This document shows, one piece after another, positions 9,665 to 18,152 of a stretch of 44,670 nucleotides of DNA; positions within the stretch are counted from its first letter, which is position 1, and the number at the start of each line of letters is the position of its first letter. The notes below the pieces were generated by a model that made no database searches, was not told the origin of the DNA, and was given only the letters and a program-made list of their open reading frames with translations. The position numbers and the translations under genes were made by a program. The stretch spans positions 1 to 44,670 of the forward strand of contig JBEKHC010000035.1 of the NCBI GenBank assembly GCA_050012475.1, written 5' to 3'. Source of the stretch: Candidatus Velthaea sp. Lineage in GTDB: Bacteria > Vulcanimicrobiota > Vulcanimicrobiia > Vulcanimicrobiales > Vulcanimicrobiaceae.

Positions 9665-11719
9665 ATGGCGATGACGTTTCGCGCGCAACGCCCTTATCCG
9701 CCGGCTCCCCATTGCGATGTCGTCGACGACTACCACGGCCGTCAAGTCGCAGACCCGTTTCGTTGGCTCGAGGATATCGATTCGTCGCAGACGAGTGCCT
9801 GGATTGCGGCCCAAAACGATCTGACGGAGCGATTTCTGGCCGCGGTTCCGCGGCGTGAGGAAATTCGCGAGCGCCTCGAACACGTCTGGAACTACGAGCG
9901 ATTCTCGCCGCCGTCGCGCGAAGGCCGGCACTACGTCTTCTATAAGAATAGCGGATTGCAGAACCAATCGGTCCTTTATGTGGCCCCGGTGCTCAACGGG
10001 CCCGCGCGTGTCCTCATCGATCCCAACCTGTTTTCCGTGGACGGGACCGTCGCGCTTTCGGGGCTGGCGTTCAGCCACGACGGCGAACGGGTGGCCTATG
10101 CGATCTCGCGTTCCGGCTCGGACTGGCTCGAGTGGCACGTTCGGGATGTGGCCACCGGCACGGACCTCGAAGATCATTTGCAATGGGGCAAGTTTTCGGG
10201 GGCTGCCTGGCGCGGCGACGGAAGCGGTTTTTTCTACAGCCGCTACGACCAGCCCGTCGACGCGCTTTTCAAGGCTGCCAACTATTACCACAAGCTGTAT
10301 TTTCATCGGCTGGGAACGGACCAGTCGCAGGACGTCCTCGTCTACCAGCGCCCCGACCACAAAGACTGGAACATCGCTCCGGTTGTCTCGGAGGATGGAC
10401 GCTGGCTCATCATCTACGTCACGGAGGGAACCGAGCCGCGCAACCGTGTCTTCGTCCAGGACCTCGACGCCGGCAGCGACGTCGTCGAGCTGTTACCCGA
10501 TGCCGACGGAAACTACGAATTCTTAGGCAACGACGGCGACCGGTTCTATTTCCACACCACGCGCGACGCACCGCGGGGGCGAATCGTTTCGATCGGCCTC
10601 GCCGAGCGCAGCGTGCACGAGATCGTGGGCCAAACGGCGGACGAACTCGACGCGGTCTCGATGTTCGGCGACCGCTTTGTTGCCCACTATCTTCACGACG
10701 CCCACTCGGTGGTTCGGCTGTATGATTTCGGCGGCGAACAGATCGGCGAGATCCCGCTCCCGGGCCTGGGCACCGTCAGCGGATTTCAAGGCAAGCGTGT
10801 CGATTCCGAGGCTTACTTCAGCTTTACGAGCTATACCATGCCGGCGACGATCTATCGGTATGATTTTGTAACGCGGGAAACAACGACGGTCTTCAAGCCC
10901 GCGGTCGACTTCGATCCTGACCTCTATACGAGCGAGCAAGTGTTCTATGCGAGCAAGGATGGGACGCGGGTACCGATGATCGCGACGTACCGCAAGGATA
11001 CCGTCTTCGATGGGTCGGCGCCGACGCTGTTGTACGGCTACGGCGGATTCGATATCTCGCTGACGCCGGCGTTTTCACCGGCCACGCTTGTTTGGCTGGA
11101 GATGGGCGGCATCTACGCGGTCGCAAATTTGCGCGGCGGCGGGGAGTACGGTGAAGAGTGGCATCTCGCCGGTACCAAGGAGCGCAAGCAAAACGTCTTC
11201 GACGATTTCATCGCCGCCGCCCGATATCTCATTAAAAATAGGTATACGAGCCCGGCAAAATTGGCTATAATGGGCGGGAGCAACGGTGGACTGCTCGTAG
11301 GCGCGGTCATGATTCAAGAGCCGAAGTTGTTCGGAGCGGCTTTGCCGGCCGTCGGCGTCATGGACATGCTGCGTTTCCAGAAGTTTACCATCGGTTGGGC
11401 TTGGACATCAGACTACGGGTCGTCCGATGACCCCGAGCAATTCGAGTGGCTCTACGCGTATTCACCGCTGCATAACCTTCGGGCCGGCGTTGCATACCCG
11501 CCGACACTCGTCACCACGGCGGACCACGACGATCGGGTTTTCCCAGGCCATAGCTTCAAGTTCGCGGCGCGACTGCAGGAGGTGCAGTCCGGTGACGGAC
11601 CGGCGCTAATCCGAATCGAGTCCAAAGCCGGTCACGGAGCCGGCAAACCAACGGCTAAAGTGATCGAAGAAGTTGCCGACCGCTATGCGTTTCTCGTTCG
11701 CGTTCTCGATATGACCTAG
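9665..11719 (+). CDS. Prolyl oligopeptidase (peptidase S9A)
   Basis: VADPFRWLED, LYGYGGF, NLRGGGEYGEEWH, catalytic GGSNGG, DHDDRV, AGHGAG; start 9665 or 9671. Confidence 0.96.
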   Translation: MAMTFRAQRPYPPAPHCDVVDDYHGRQVADPFRWLEDIDSSQTSAWIAAQNDLTERFLAAVPRREEIRERLEHVWNYERFSPPSREGRHYVFYKNSGLQNQSVLYVAPVLNGPARVLIDPNLFSVDGTVALSGLAFSHDGERVAYAISRSGSDWLEWHVRDVATGTDLEDHLQWGKFSGAAWRGDGSGFFYSRYDQPVDALFKAANYYHKLYFHRLGTDQSQDVLVYQRPDHKDWNIAPVVSEDGRWLIIYVTEGTEPRNRVFVQDLDAGSDVVELLPDADGNYEFLGNDGDRFYFHTTRDAPRGRIVSIGLAERSVHEIVGQTADELDAVSMFGDRFVAHYLHDAHSVVRLYDFGGEQIGEIPLPGLGTVSGFQGKRVDSEAYFSFTSYTMPATIYRYDFVTRETTTVFKPAVDFDPDLYTSEQVFYASKDGTRVPMIATYRKDTVFDGSAPTLLYGYGGFDISLTPAFSPATLVWLEMGGIYAVANLRGGGEYGEEWHLAGTKERKQNVFDDFIAAARYLIKNRYTSPAKLAIMGGSNGGLLVGAVMIQEPKLFGAALPAVGVMDMLRFQKFTIGWAWTSDYGSSDDPEQFEWLYAYSPLHNLRAGVAYPPTLVTTADHDDRVFPGHSFKFAARLQEVQSGDGPALIRIESKAGHGAGKPTAKVIEEVADRYAFLVRVLDMT

Positions 11720-12163
11720 ATCAACACTTCACTACTACTCTCAAAGCATCGGACAAGAAAGCGTCCCTACGACCCGCCCAAGTCGCCCAAAAGAGTGTTC
11801 ACCGCACGCAGTTGCTCAGCAGCAGTTGCCCGAAATTCAGGCTGCAATTGTGAGCCGCCGTTGTGTTTGGTTCGTTCTAAACGGCGTACCGGAAACTCAT
11901 GCGCGTTTGTTGCGCGGTTTGCCTTCAGGATTAGCTCAAAGCGATCACGGTAGATTAATGTGTTTTCGTCTCAGGCGGTTATAGAGCGATGGACCTAACG
12001 AAATGGCATAGTGCGTACGGTACCATAACGTGTGGAAAGTGCTTCGCAATAACAAACGTGAGGCCTTGAACAAATCTGTGATGTCCCTCAAGGAAAAAGA
12101 ACTGCAATCACGCATCACCAGGTTGAAATTTACTAAGCGAGGCGTATTTTGGAGATTGTTTCT

Positions 12164-12793
12164 ATGGCAGTGAACAACGGTCAAGCACCCAGCAAAATCA
12201 AAGTCACACAGACGGCCTACGATCTCGCCATGAAACTCTTCGCAGCAGAGGCGAACAAGAAGCCGGTACCGGTCACGAAGGACATGCTCGAATCGAAGCT
12301 TTCCGAGTTAACCGATAAGAAGAAGAACGTCGCGCAGCGCCAGGGTCAAACCCCGGGACGCTTCGGCAAGCCCGGTACGGTGAAGCTGCTGGTGCCTAAA
12401 GACCTGCTGGAGCCGATTCCGAATCGCGCCCCGCGCGGCAGCGGGACGGGCACGCGGCGTCAAATCCGCAAGGCAGCCCTTGACGGCGCTGCCTCGAGAG
12501 TGGGTTTGTCGATTGCCGCTTTGGAGGAGTTCGTCAAGGCGTATCGCCGCGAGGAAGGGCCGATTCGAGAAGAGCGGACCAAAGCCGTGTCGGCGCGCAT
12601 TGCGGAATTGCAAAAGCATCTAGGCGCAGCCAAAGGCGACGATTTCCGCAACACCATGGCTATGGCCAATGCCGAGCTCAAAAAACTTGATGAGATCGAT
12701 CAAGAGGTCGCCGCGGAGGTTCTTGAAGAGCTCAATCCCGGTCCGAACTCACCGTTGTACGTTATTTGGAAGGCGATGCGCGGTCTGCCGTAA
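12164..12793 (+). CDS. Hypothetical Lys/Arg-rich helical protein
   Basis: GGAG at 12151-12154 then ATG; coding-like codon usage; no family recognised. Confidence 0.7.
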   Translation: MAVNNGQAPSKIKVTQTAYDLAMKLFAAEANKKPVPVTKDMLESKLSELTDKKKNVAQRQGQTPGRFGKPGTVKLLVPKDLLEPIPNRAPRGSGTGTRRQIRKAALDGAASRVGLSIAALEEFVKAYRREEGPIREERTKAVSARIAELQKHLGAAKGDDFRNTMAMANAELKKLDEIDQEVAAEVLEELNPGPNSPLYVIWKAMRGLP

Positions 12794-12965
12794 ACGCGCG
12801 CCGTTTGCGTTGAATTGCTTTCACAACGGCAGCCAACGCGCATTAACGGGTGTCGTTCGCCCGGAGCGCTCGCAGCGTTTCCAGTCCACGCCGCGACGGT
12901 CGTCGTTCGTGGGTCGTCGACCGGATCGCCTGGGAAGGATGGTCGGGCGCGGATATGAACGGCGT

Positions 12966-13042
12966 TGGTGGGCCATCCTGGGTTCGAACCAGGGACCTCA
13001 TGCTTATCAAGCATGCGCTCTAACCAGCTGAGCTAATGGCCC
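12966..13042 (-). tRNA. tRNA-Ile(GAT)
   Basis: GGGCCATTAGCTCAGCTGGTTAGAGCG CATGC-TT-GAT-AA-GCATG AGGTC CCTGGTTCGAACCCAGG ATGGCCC-A-CCA. Confidence 0.97.
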
Positions 13043-13080
13043 GTTCGCGACCCGGCGAAGCCGAGGCCGCAGCGGGCTTT

Positions 13081-13109
13081 ATGTTAGACAGGGACGCTTC
13101 GGTTGTCAA
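13081..13109 (-). promoter_or_regulatory. Sigma70-type promoter for tRNA-Ile
   Basis: TTGACA-N17-TAACAT on the minus strand, about 40 nt upstream of the tRNA. Confidence 0.75.
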
Positions 13110-13175
13110 CGGCTTCATCACGCGTCGCCGCCGCCGCCGGCCCGCGAGGCGCGACCTTCGAGGAGGCGCGACCCC

Positions 13176-13487
13176 TTAGATGAGGGCGATCCACTTCTTG
13201 AGCAGCTCGTCGTCCTGCTTCATCTGTTCCATCGCCATGTCGCGCAGGGCGTTGATTTCGCGCTCGGTTTCGGCGCGGACGCGGGTGACGAAGTCGAATT
13301 CCTCGCGCTGGCGCTCGAGAGCTTCGTCTTCGGCCGTCGTGGCACGTGCCACCAACGCAGCGATTCGCGCGTCGACCTCGCCCTGCGCTTCGGTCGATTC
13401 GGCTTCGCCTGGGTCGGCCGGCGCTGCGCCCGCGGCCAAGGTGGGCGTCCGCGCGGGTGCCGCGAGGCGGGTGGGCGGCGCGATCAA
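13176..13487 (-). CDS. Hypothetical small helical protein, paralog of the upstream gene
   Basis: TTG start overlaps the upstream TGA (TTGA); C-terminal 46 aa align without gaps to the upstream protein. Confidence 0.75.
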   Translation of the reverse strand: MIAPPTRLAAPARTPTLAAGAAPADPGEAESTEAQGEVDARIAALVARATTAEDEALERQREEFDFVTRVRAETEREINALRDMAMEQMKQDDELLKKWIALI

Positions 13488-13861
13488 GCGATTGACTTGA
13501 TGAATTCTTTGGTGATTTCGTTGTCGGCCTTGCGCTGCTCCATGGCGACGTTGCGCAGTTCATTGGACTCACGCATGATCTCTGATTTCTCCGAAGTGAC
13601 GTTGTCGAACGAGTCGGCCTGTTGTTGTTCGGAATATTGAAAGGCGAGCTGCTGCAGTTGAAGCTGCTCGTTGGCGGCCAGGTAGGCGTTTTCGCCGGTT
13701 GCGAGCGCCGAATTCCCGGCGCTGCTCAGCGCGGTGCTCAGGCCGCCCGTCGTGCTCGAGCCGGTGACGGCCCCGGCGATGGCGCCGATTCCGGCGCCGA
13801 TCGGATTGCCCGTCGCCAGGAAACCCTGCGCGGCGCCGGCCAGAACTGAACCAAAATTCAC
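13484..13861 (-). CDS. Hypothetical protein, N-terminal glycine-zipper plus C-terminal helix
   Basis: GTG 13861 after GAAGAGG; VLAGAAQGFLATGNPIGAGIGAIAGAV then Gln/Glu-rich helix. Confidence 0.75.
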   Translation of the reverse strand: MNFGSVLAGAAQGFLATGNPIGAGIGAIAGAVTGSSTTGGLSTALSSAGNSALATGENAYLAANEQLQLQQLAFQYSEQQQADSFDNVTSEKSEIMRESNELRNVAMEQRKADNEITKEFIKSIA

Positions 13862-13925
13862 GTCGGTAACCTCTTCATTTGGAAAGATCGAAAAAGATGC
13901 GTGTGCGGCGTTGCCCGCCGCGTGC

Positions 13926-14309
13926 TCAATGGATGAGATCGCCGTCGGCGTCGGCGCTGGAAAACACGATGTTGCTTTGGCCGTGGTCGTCGGTCGGAAC
14001 GTCGGGTGCCTTTGCCGGAGCAGGCATCGGCGGCAGCGGCGGAAGCGAGATGAGCGATTGGTCCGCGCTCGCCGTCGACGTGCCCGTCGCCCCCTGGGCC
14101 GAGGCTGCTTGCTGCAGGGCATTGATAGCCGCTGTGAGCTCCTGCAGGTCGGAGACGGCGCCGTCGCGCCCGGCCACCGGGGCAACGGCGGCGGCGCTTG
14201 CCGGGGAGACGCCGGCGCCGGCAGTGGCGGGGCCGGCGGAGCTCGCCGCGAGGGACGAGTTCCAGGGGGTGCCGGCCAGGCTGCCCAGCGCGGCGTTGAG
14301 AGCGTTCAT
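13926..14309 (-). CDS. Hypothetical Ala/Ser/Pro-rich protein
   Basis: ATG after AGAGGG; short amphipathic helix VSDLQELTAAINALQQAA; co-oriented with the two downstream genes. Confidence 0.6.
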   Translation of the reverse strand: MNALNAALGSLAGTPWNSSLAASSAGPATAGAGVSPASAAAVAPVAGRDGAVSDLQELTAAINALQQAASAQGATGTSTASADQSLISLPPLPPMPAPAKAPDVPTDDHGQSNIVFSSADADGDLIH

Positions 14310-14336
14310 GCCCGCCCTCTGCGACACCGGGCCGCG

Positions 14337-14365
14337 TTGACAAGCCTGCAGCGGGGCCCTACAAT
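14337..14365 (+). promoter_or_regulatory. Sigma70-type promoter for the yceD-rpmF-fab operon
   Basis: TTGACA (14337-14342)-N17-TACAAT (14360-14365). Confidence 0.8.
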
Positions 14366-14414
14366 AGTCCAGTTTGCATGGGGGCTCTCCTCGCGGGGGG
14401 CCTCATTCTGTGGT

Positions 14415-14894
14415 ATGGGTTCTTCGTTGGTCATCGACATCGGCTCGTTACTGCACGCAGGACGGCCGATATCGCTTGACGATTCGGTCGTAGTCCCGCC
14501 GTTTGGGTCGTTTTTGTTTCCGCTGCCGGCGCGCACGTCGCTCTTGTTGCGGCGCGAGGAGAAGGGCGTCCACGTCGACGGGACGATCGATATTGAGGCC
14601 GCCGGAGCATGCGACCGGTGTCTGGACGATGTGCGCGTCCCGATTCACGTCGACGTCGACGAACGTTTCGACCCGGTTAGCGGGTCAAGCGATCCCTTTG
14701 CCGACAATAACGTGTTGACCGGGACGGATTTGGATGTCGGGGATCTGGTGCGCCAGCTGGTGACGGCGGCCTTGCCGTTCGGGCTGATTTGCAAGGACGA
14801 GTGTCGCGGTTTGTGCGCGCGGTGCGGACAGAGTAAAAATGTGGGCGGTGACTGCCACTGCCCCGAGATGGAAGGCGAAAATGGCAAATCCTAA
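14415..14894 (+). CDS. yceD: YceD / DUF177 family protein
   Basis: CDRCL, LDVGDLVRQ, LICKDECRGLCARCG; directly upstream of rpmF. Confidence 0.9.
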   Translation: MGSSLVIDIGSLLHAGRPISLDDSVVVPPFGSFLFPLPARTSLLLRREEKGVHVDGTIDIEAAGACDRCLDDVRVPIHVDVDERFDPVSGSSDPFADNNVLTGTDLDVGDLVRQLVTAALPFGLICKDECRGLCARCGQSKNVGGDCHCPEMEGENGKS

Positions 14895-15087
14895 ATGGAA
14901 AACCCCGCGCTCGAAGACGCGCAGCCGCCGGGCCGCGAATTGGAAGCTCGAGCCGGTCACGACCGTCGAATGTTCGCAGTGCCATCAGGCGAAGCTGCCT
15001 CACTTTGTTTGCCCCACGTGCGGCACGTACGACGGCCGGACGGTGGTTCCGCCGAAAGAAGATCACGCCGGACACAGCCACGGATAG
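14881..15087 (+). CDS. rpmF: 50S ribosomal protein L32 (zinc-ribbon form)
   Basis: MANPKWKTPRSKTRSRRA..CSQC...KLPHFVCPTCGTY. Confidence 0.95.
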   Translation: MANPKWKTPRSKTRSRRAANWKLEPVTTVECSQCHQAKLPHFVCPTCGTYDGRTVVPPKEDHAGHSHG

Positions 15088-15144
15088 CGTGGACCGCCGG
15101 ACGATCTCCCGGAGCGCGGGCGCCGGCGTAGCGGGGACGTAGCC

Positions 15145-16164
15145 ATTTCTGCTCAAGCGTACGGGGTCCGTATCTCGGGCGTCGGGCACTACGTGCCCGA
15201 CCGGGTTTTGTCCAACGCCGATCTCGAACGTATGCTCGATACGAACGACGAATGGATCGTCAGCCGCACCGGCATCGAGCAACGCCGCCTCGCGGCGCCC
15301 TCGCAAGCCGTTAGCGACTTGGCGACGCGGGCTGCCCGGGTCGCGCTCAAGCGCGCTGGCCTCGACGCCAGTGAGATCGACTGTTACGTCGTCGCCACCG
15401 TCACCCCGGACTATTTGTTCCCGGCCACCTCGGCCATCGTGGCGTCGGGACTCGGTGCGCGCGACAAGGCCGCCTTCGACATGGAGATCGGCTGCAGCGG
15501 CTTCGTCTACGGTCTGAGCGTGGTTTCGGCGCTCATCCGCGCCGGGCTGCACAAGCGGGTCATGATCATCGGCGCCGACACGCTCTCCAAGATCACCGAC
15601 TACACCGACCGCTCAACGGCGATCCTTTTTGGTGACGGCGCCGGAGCCGTCATCGTGGAGCGGGCCGACGAGAACAGTTATCTGGGCGGCGATTTCGGCA
15701 CCGACGGCAGCCGCCCCGACGTCTTGTACTTGCCGGCCGGCGGTTCGCGCCGGCCGATCGACGGCCAGGCGTTGGCCGAACGTTCGACGTTCATCAAAAT
15801 GCAAGGCCGCGAGACGTTCAAGTTCGCGGTGACGAAGATGGTCGAATCGGCGCATGTCGCGCTCGATCAGGCCGAACTCGACATCGCCGACATCAGCTTG
15901 CTGATCCCCCATCAGGCCAACAAGCGCATCATCGACGCGGCAGCCAAACAACTGGGTATACCGCCGGCCAAGGTCTACGTCAACATTCAAGACTACGGCA
16001 ACACCTCGGCTGCCTCGATTCCGATCGCCCTTTCTGAGGCCTATGAAAAGGGCTTGATGCACGACGGCGAGGTGATCATGTTCGTGGCCTTCGGTGCCGG
16101 TCTGTCGTGGGGCGCGATCGCTTGGCGCTGGAATGGCGTGCCGTCGTTGAACGGAAACGCGTAA
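15145..16164 (+). CDS. fabH: 3-oxoacyl-ACP synthase III; start uncertain (ATT 15145 proposed, first canonical codon GTG 15193)
   Basis: VRISGVGHYVP, EWIVSRTGI, GCSGF, LFGDGAGA, PHQAN, YGNTSAASIP, FGAGLSWG. Confidence 0.95.
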   Translation: MSAQAYGVRISGVGHYVPDRVLSNADLERMLDTNDEWIVSRTGIEQRRLAAPSQAVSDLATRAARVALKRAGLDASEIDCYVVATVTPDYLFPATSAIVASGLGARDKAAFDMEIGCSGFVYGLSVVSALIRAGLHKRVMIIGADTLSKITDYTDRSTAILFGDGAGAVIVERADENSYLGGDFGTDGSRPDVLYLPAGGSRRPIDGQALAERSTFIKMQGRETFKFAVTKMVESAHVALDQAELDIADISLLIPHQANKRIIDAAAKQLGIPPAKVYVNIQDYGNTSAASIPIALSEAYEKGLMHDGEVIMFVAFGAGLSWGAIAWRWNGVPSLNGNA

Positions 16165-17109
16165 ATGCGCGTCGGCGTCGTCTTCCCCGGGCAGGGTTCG
16201 CAAGTGGTCGGCATGGGCGCGCAAGTCGCCGAGGCGTATCCGGCGGCAGCGGAATGCTTTCGCGCCGCCAAGCACGTCGTGGGCTACGATTTGCGCGCGA
16301 TGTGTGCCAATGGCCCCGAAGAGATGTTGCGCGAGACGCGCTATGCGCAGCCGGCGATCTTCGTTACCAACGTCGCGATCTGCGCGGCGGTCGGCGACGT
16401 GCTGGATCCAGTCGTTTCGGCCGGCCACTCGTTCGGCGAATTTTGCAGCTTGCAAATCGCCGGCGCGTTGTCGTTCGAGGCCGCGCTCTCGCTCGTCAAC
16501 GAGCGTGGTCTGGCGATGCAGCGCGCTGCGGAACAGTCCGCGGGGGCGATGTCCGCCGTGCTCGGCCTGGAGCCCGGCGCGTTGCGTGACGTTGCGGCCG
16601 CGACGATCGCGGCGGGACACGGGCGAGTGCAGTTGGCCAATTTCAACGCCCCGGGCCAAATCGTGATCAGCGGCGACTCGCCGGCGGTTCGTGCGGCGGG
16701 AGAAGCCGCACTTGCGGCGGGCGCCAAGCGCGTCGTCTCGCTCAACGTGGCCGGCGCCTGGCATTCGGCGCTCATGGAGCCGGCCCGGGTGGCGTTCGCA
16801 CGGTTCGTGCGCGACGCTGCGATCGTCATGCCGCGCTTCACCGTCATCTCCAACGTCGACGCCAAGCCGTATACCGACGTCATGACGATCCGCGATCATT
16901 TGGAGCGCTCGGTCACCGATGAGGTTCGCTGGCACGAAACCGCCGTTGCGATGATCGCCATGGATCTCGATCTCGTCGTTGAGTTCGGCGCCAGCCCGGT
17001 GCTTGCGCCGATGATGAAACGGATCGAGGGCGCCCCGCGCGCGATCAGCGTCAAGGACGCCGCGGGCGTCGATAAACTGCGCGCGATGCTCGTCCCGGCG
17101 GGCATCTGA
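16165..17109 (+). CDS. fabD: Malonyl-CoA:ACP transacylase
   Basis: [36 protein letters not shown]. Confidence 0.96.
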   Translation: MRVGVVFPGQGSQVVGMGAQVAEAYPAAAECFRAAKHVVGYDLRAMCANGPEEMLRETRYAQPAIFVTNVAICAAVGDVLDPVVSAGHSFGEFCSLQIAGALSFEAALSLVNERGLAMQRAAEQSAGAMSAVLGLEPGALRDVAAATIAAGHGRVQLANFNAPGQIVISGDSPAVRAAGEAALAAGAKRVVSLNVAGAWHSALMEPARVAFARFVRDAAIVMPRFTVISNVDAKPYTDVMTIRDHLERSVTDEVRWHETAVAMIAMDLDLVVEFGASPVLAPMMKRIEGAPRAISVKDAAGVDKLRAMLVPAGI

Positions 17110-17852
17110 TGTTTGCCGGGAAAGTCGCGATCGTCACGGGCGCAAGCCGCGGCATCGGCCGGGCGATCGCCGTCGACTTGTGCAAGCACGGCGCCGACGT
17201 CGCCCTCTTCGGCCGCGACGAAGCCGCGCTCGAAGCCACGGCCGCAGCGTCCCGCGAGGCCCGCGCCGGCGCGCGGGCGATCCCCTACGTAGTCGACGCT
17301 GCGGCCGAGCGCGCAACGAGCGACGCCGTGGTCAAGGTCGCAGCCGATCTGGGACGCGTCGACATCGCCGTGGCGAACGCGGGTCAGTCGCTCGACGGGC
17401 TCGTTCTGCGCTTCAAATCCGGCGATCTCGACCGGCTCATCGACGCCAACCTCAAGTCGGCGTTTTATCTGGCAGCCGCCGTGACACGTCCGATGGTCAG
17501 ACAGCGCGGCGGGGCAATCGTCTTCGTTTCCAGTATCGTCGGGGTCGCCGGCAATGCCGGTCAGGCCGCGTACAGCGCGACCAAAGCCGGTTTGCTTGGT
17601 CTGACGAAATCGCTCGCGAAGGAGATAGGTTCGAGGAACGTAAGAGTCAACGCCGTTGCACCGGGTCTGATTGAAACGGCGATGACCGCTGAGATGCCGG
17701 AGGCCGCACGTGCTCACTATCTCCAAAATATCGCCCTGGGCCGCCCGGGTACGCCGGACGATGTCGCAGGCGTCGTTTCGTTCCTCTGCTCCGATGCCGC
17801 CCGTTACGTCACCGGTCAAACGATTGTGGTCGACGGCGGATTTTTGATGTGA
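17109..17852 (+). CDS. fabG: 3-oxoacyl-ACP reductase
   Basis: [27 protein letters not shown]; position in fab operon. Confidence 0.95.
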   Translation: MFAGKVAIVTGASRGIGRAIAVDLCKHGADVALFGRDEAALEATAAASREARAGARAIPYVVDAAAERATSDAVVKVAADLGRVDIAVANAGQSLDGLVLRFKSGDLDRLIDANLKSAFYLAAAVTRPMVRQRGGAIVFVSSIVGVAGNAGQAAYSATKAGLLGLTKSLAKEIGSRNVRVNAVAPGLIETAMTAEMPEAARAHYLQNIALGRPGTPDDVAGVVSFLCSDAARYVTGQTIVVDGGFLM

Positions 17853-17876
17853 TGCTTCAGGAGAAAACCAATAGTC

Positions 17877-18128
17877 ATGGCCGCTGATACCGATACCTTC
17901 GAAAAAGTGAAGAAAATCATCGTCGAACAACTCGGCGTTGAAGAATCCGAGGTTACTCTCGAAGCGTCGATCACCGACGACTTGGGTGCCGATTCGCTCG
18001 ATCAAGTCGAACTCGTGATGGCCTTCGAGACCGAGTTCAACATCGATATTCCCGATGAAGAAGCCGAGAAGATCAAGACGGTGGGTGACGCCGTCGCGAA
18101 GATCGACGCGACGGCGAAAAAAGCTTAG
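17877..18128 (+). CDS. acpP: Acyl carrier protein
   Basis: [29 protein letters not shown]. Confidence 0.97.
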   Translation: MAADTDTFEKVKKIIVEQLGVEESEVTLEASITDDLGADSLDQVELVMAFETEFNIDIPDEEAEKIKTVGDAVAKIDATAKKA

Positions 18129-18152
18129 TGAAGCCGGCAGGCTTCTAGGACG

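Noticed and set aside
9191..9674. Short ORFs and a 15-bp repeat (GGCGTGGGTAATGC) between tRNA-Ala and the peptidase
   Set aside because: No coherent protein signal; only two to three degenerate copies
15085..15099. rpmF-fabH readthrough with RGPP right after the TAG
   Set aside because: Shared frame occurs one time in three, RGPP codons are common in GC-rich DNA, and an L32-FabH fusion is implausible; non-canonical initiation is simpler
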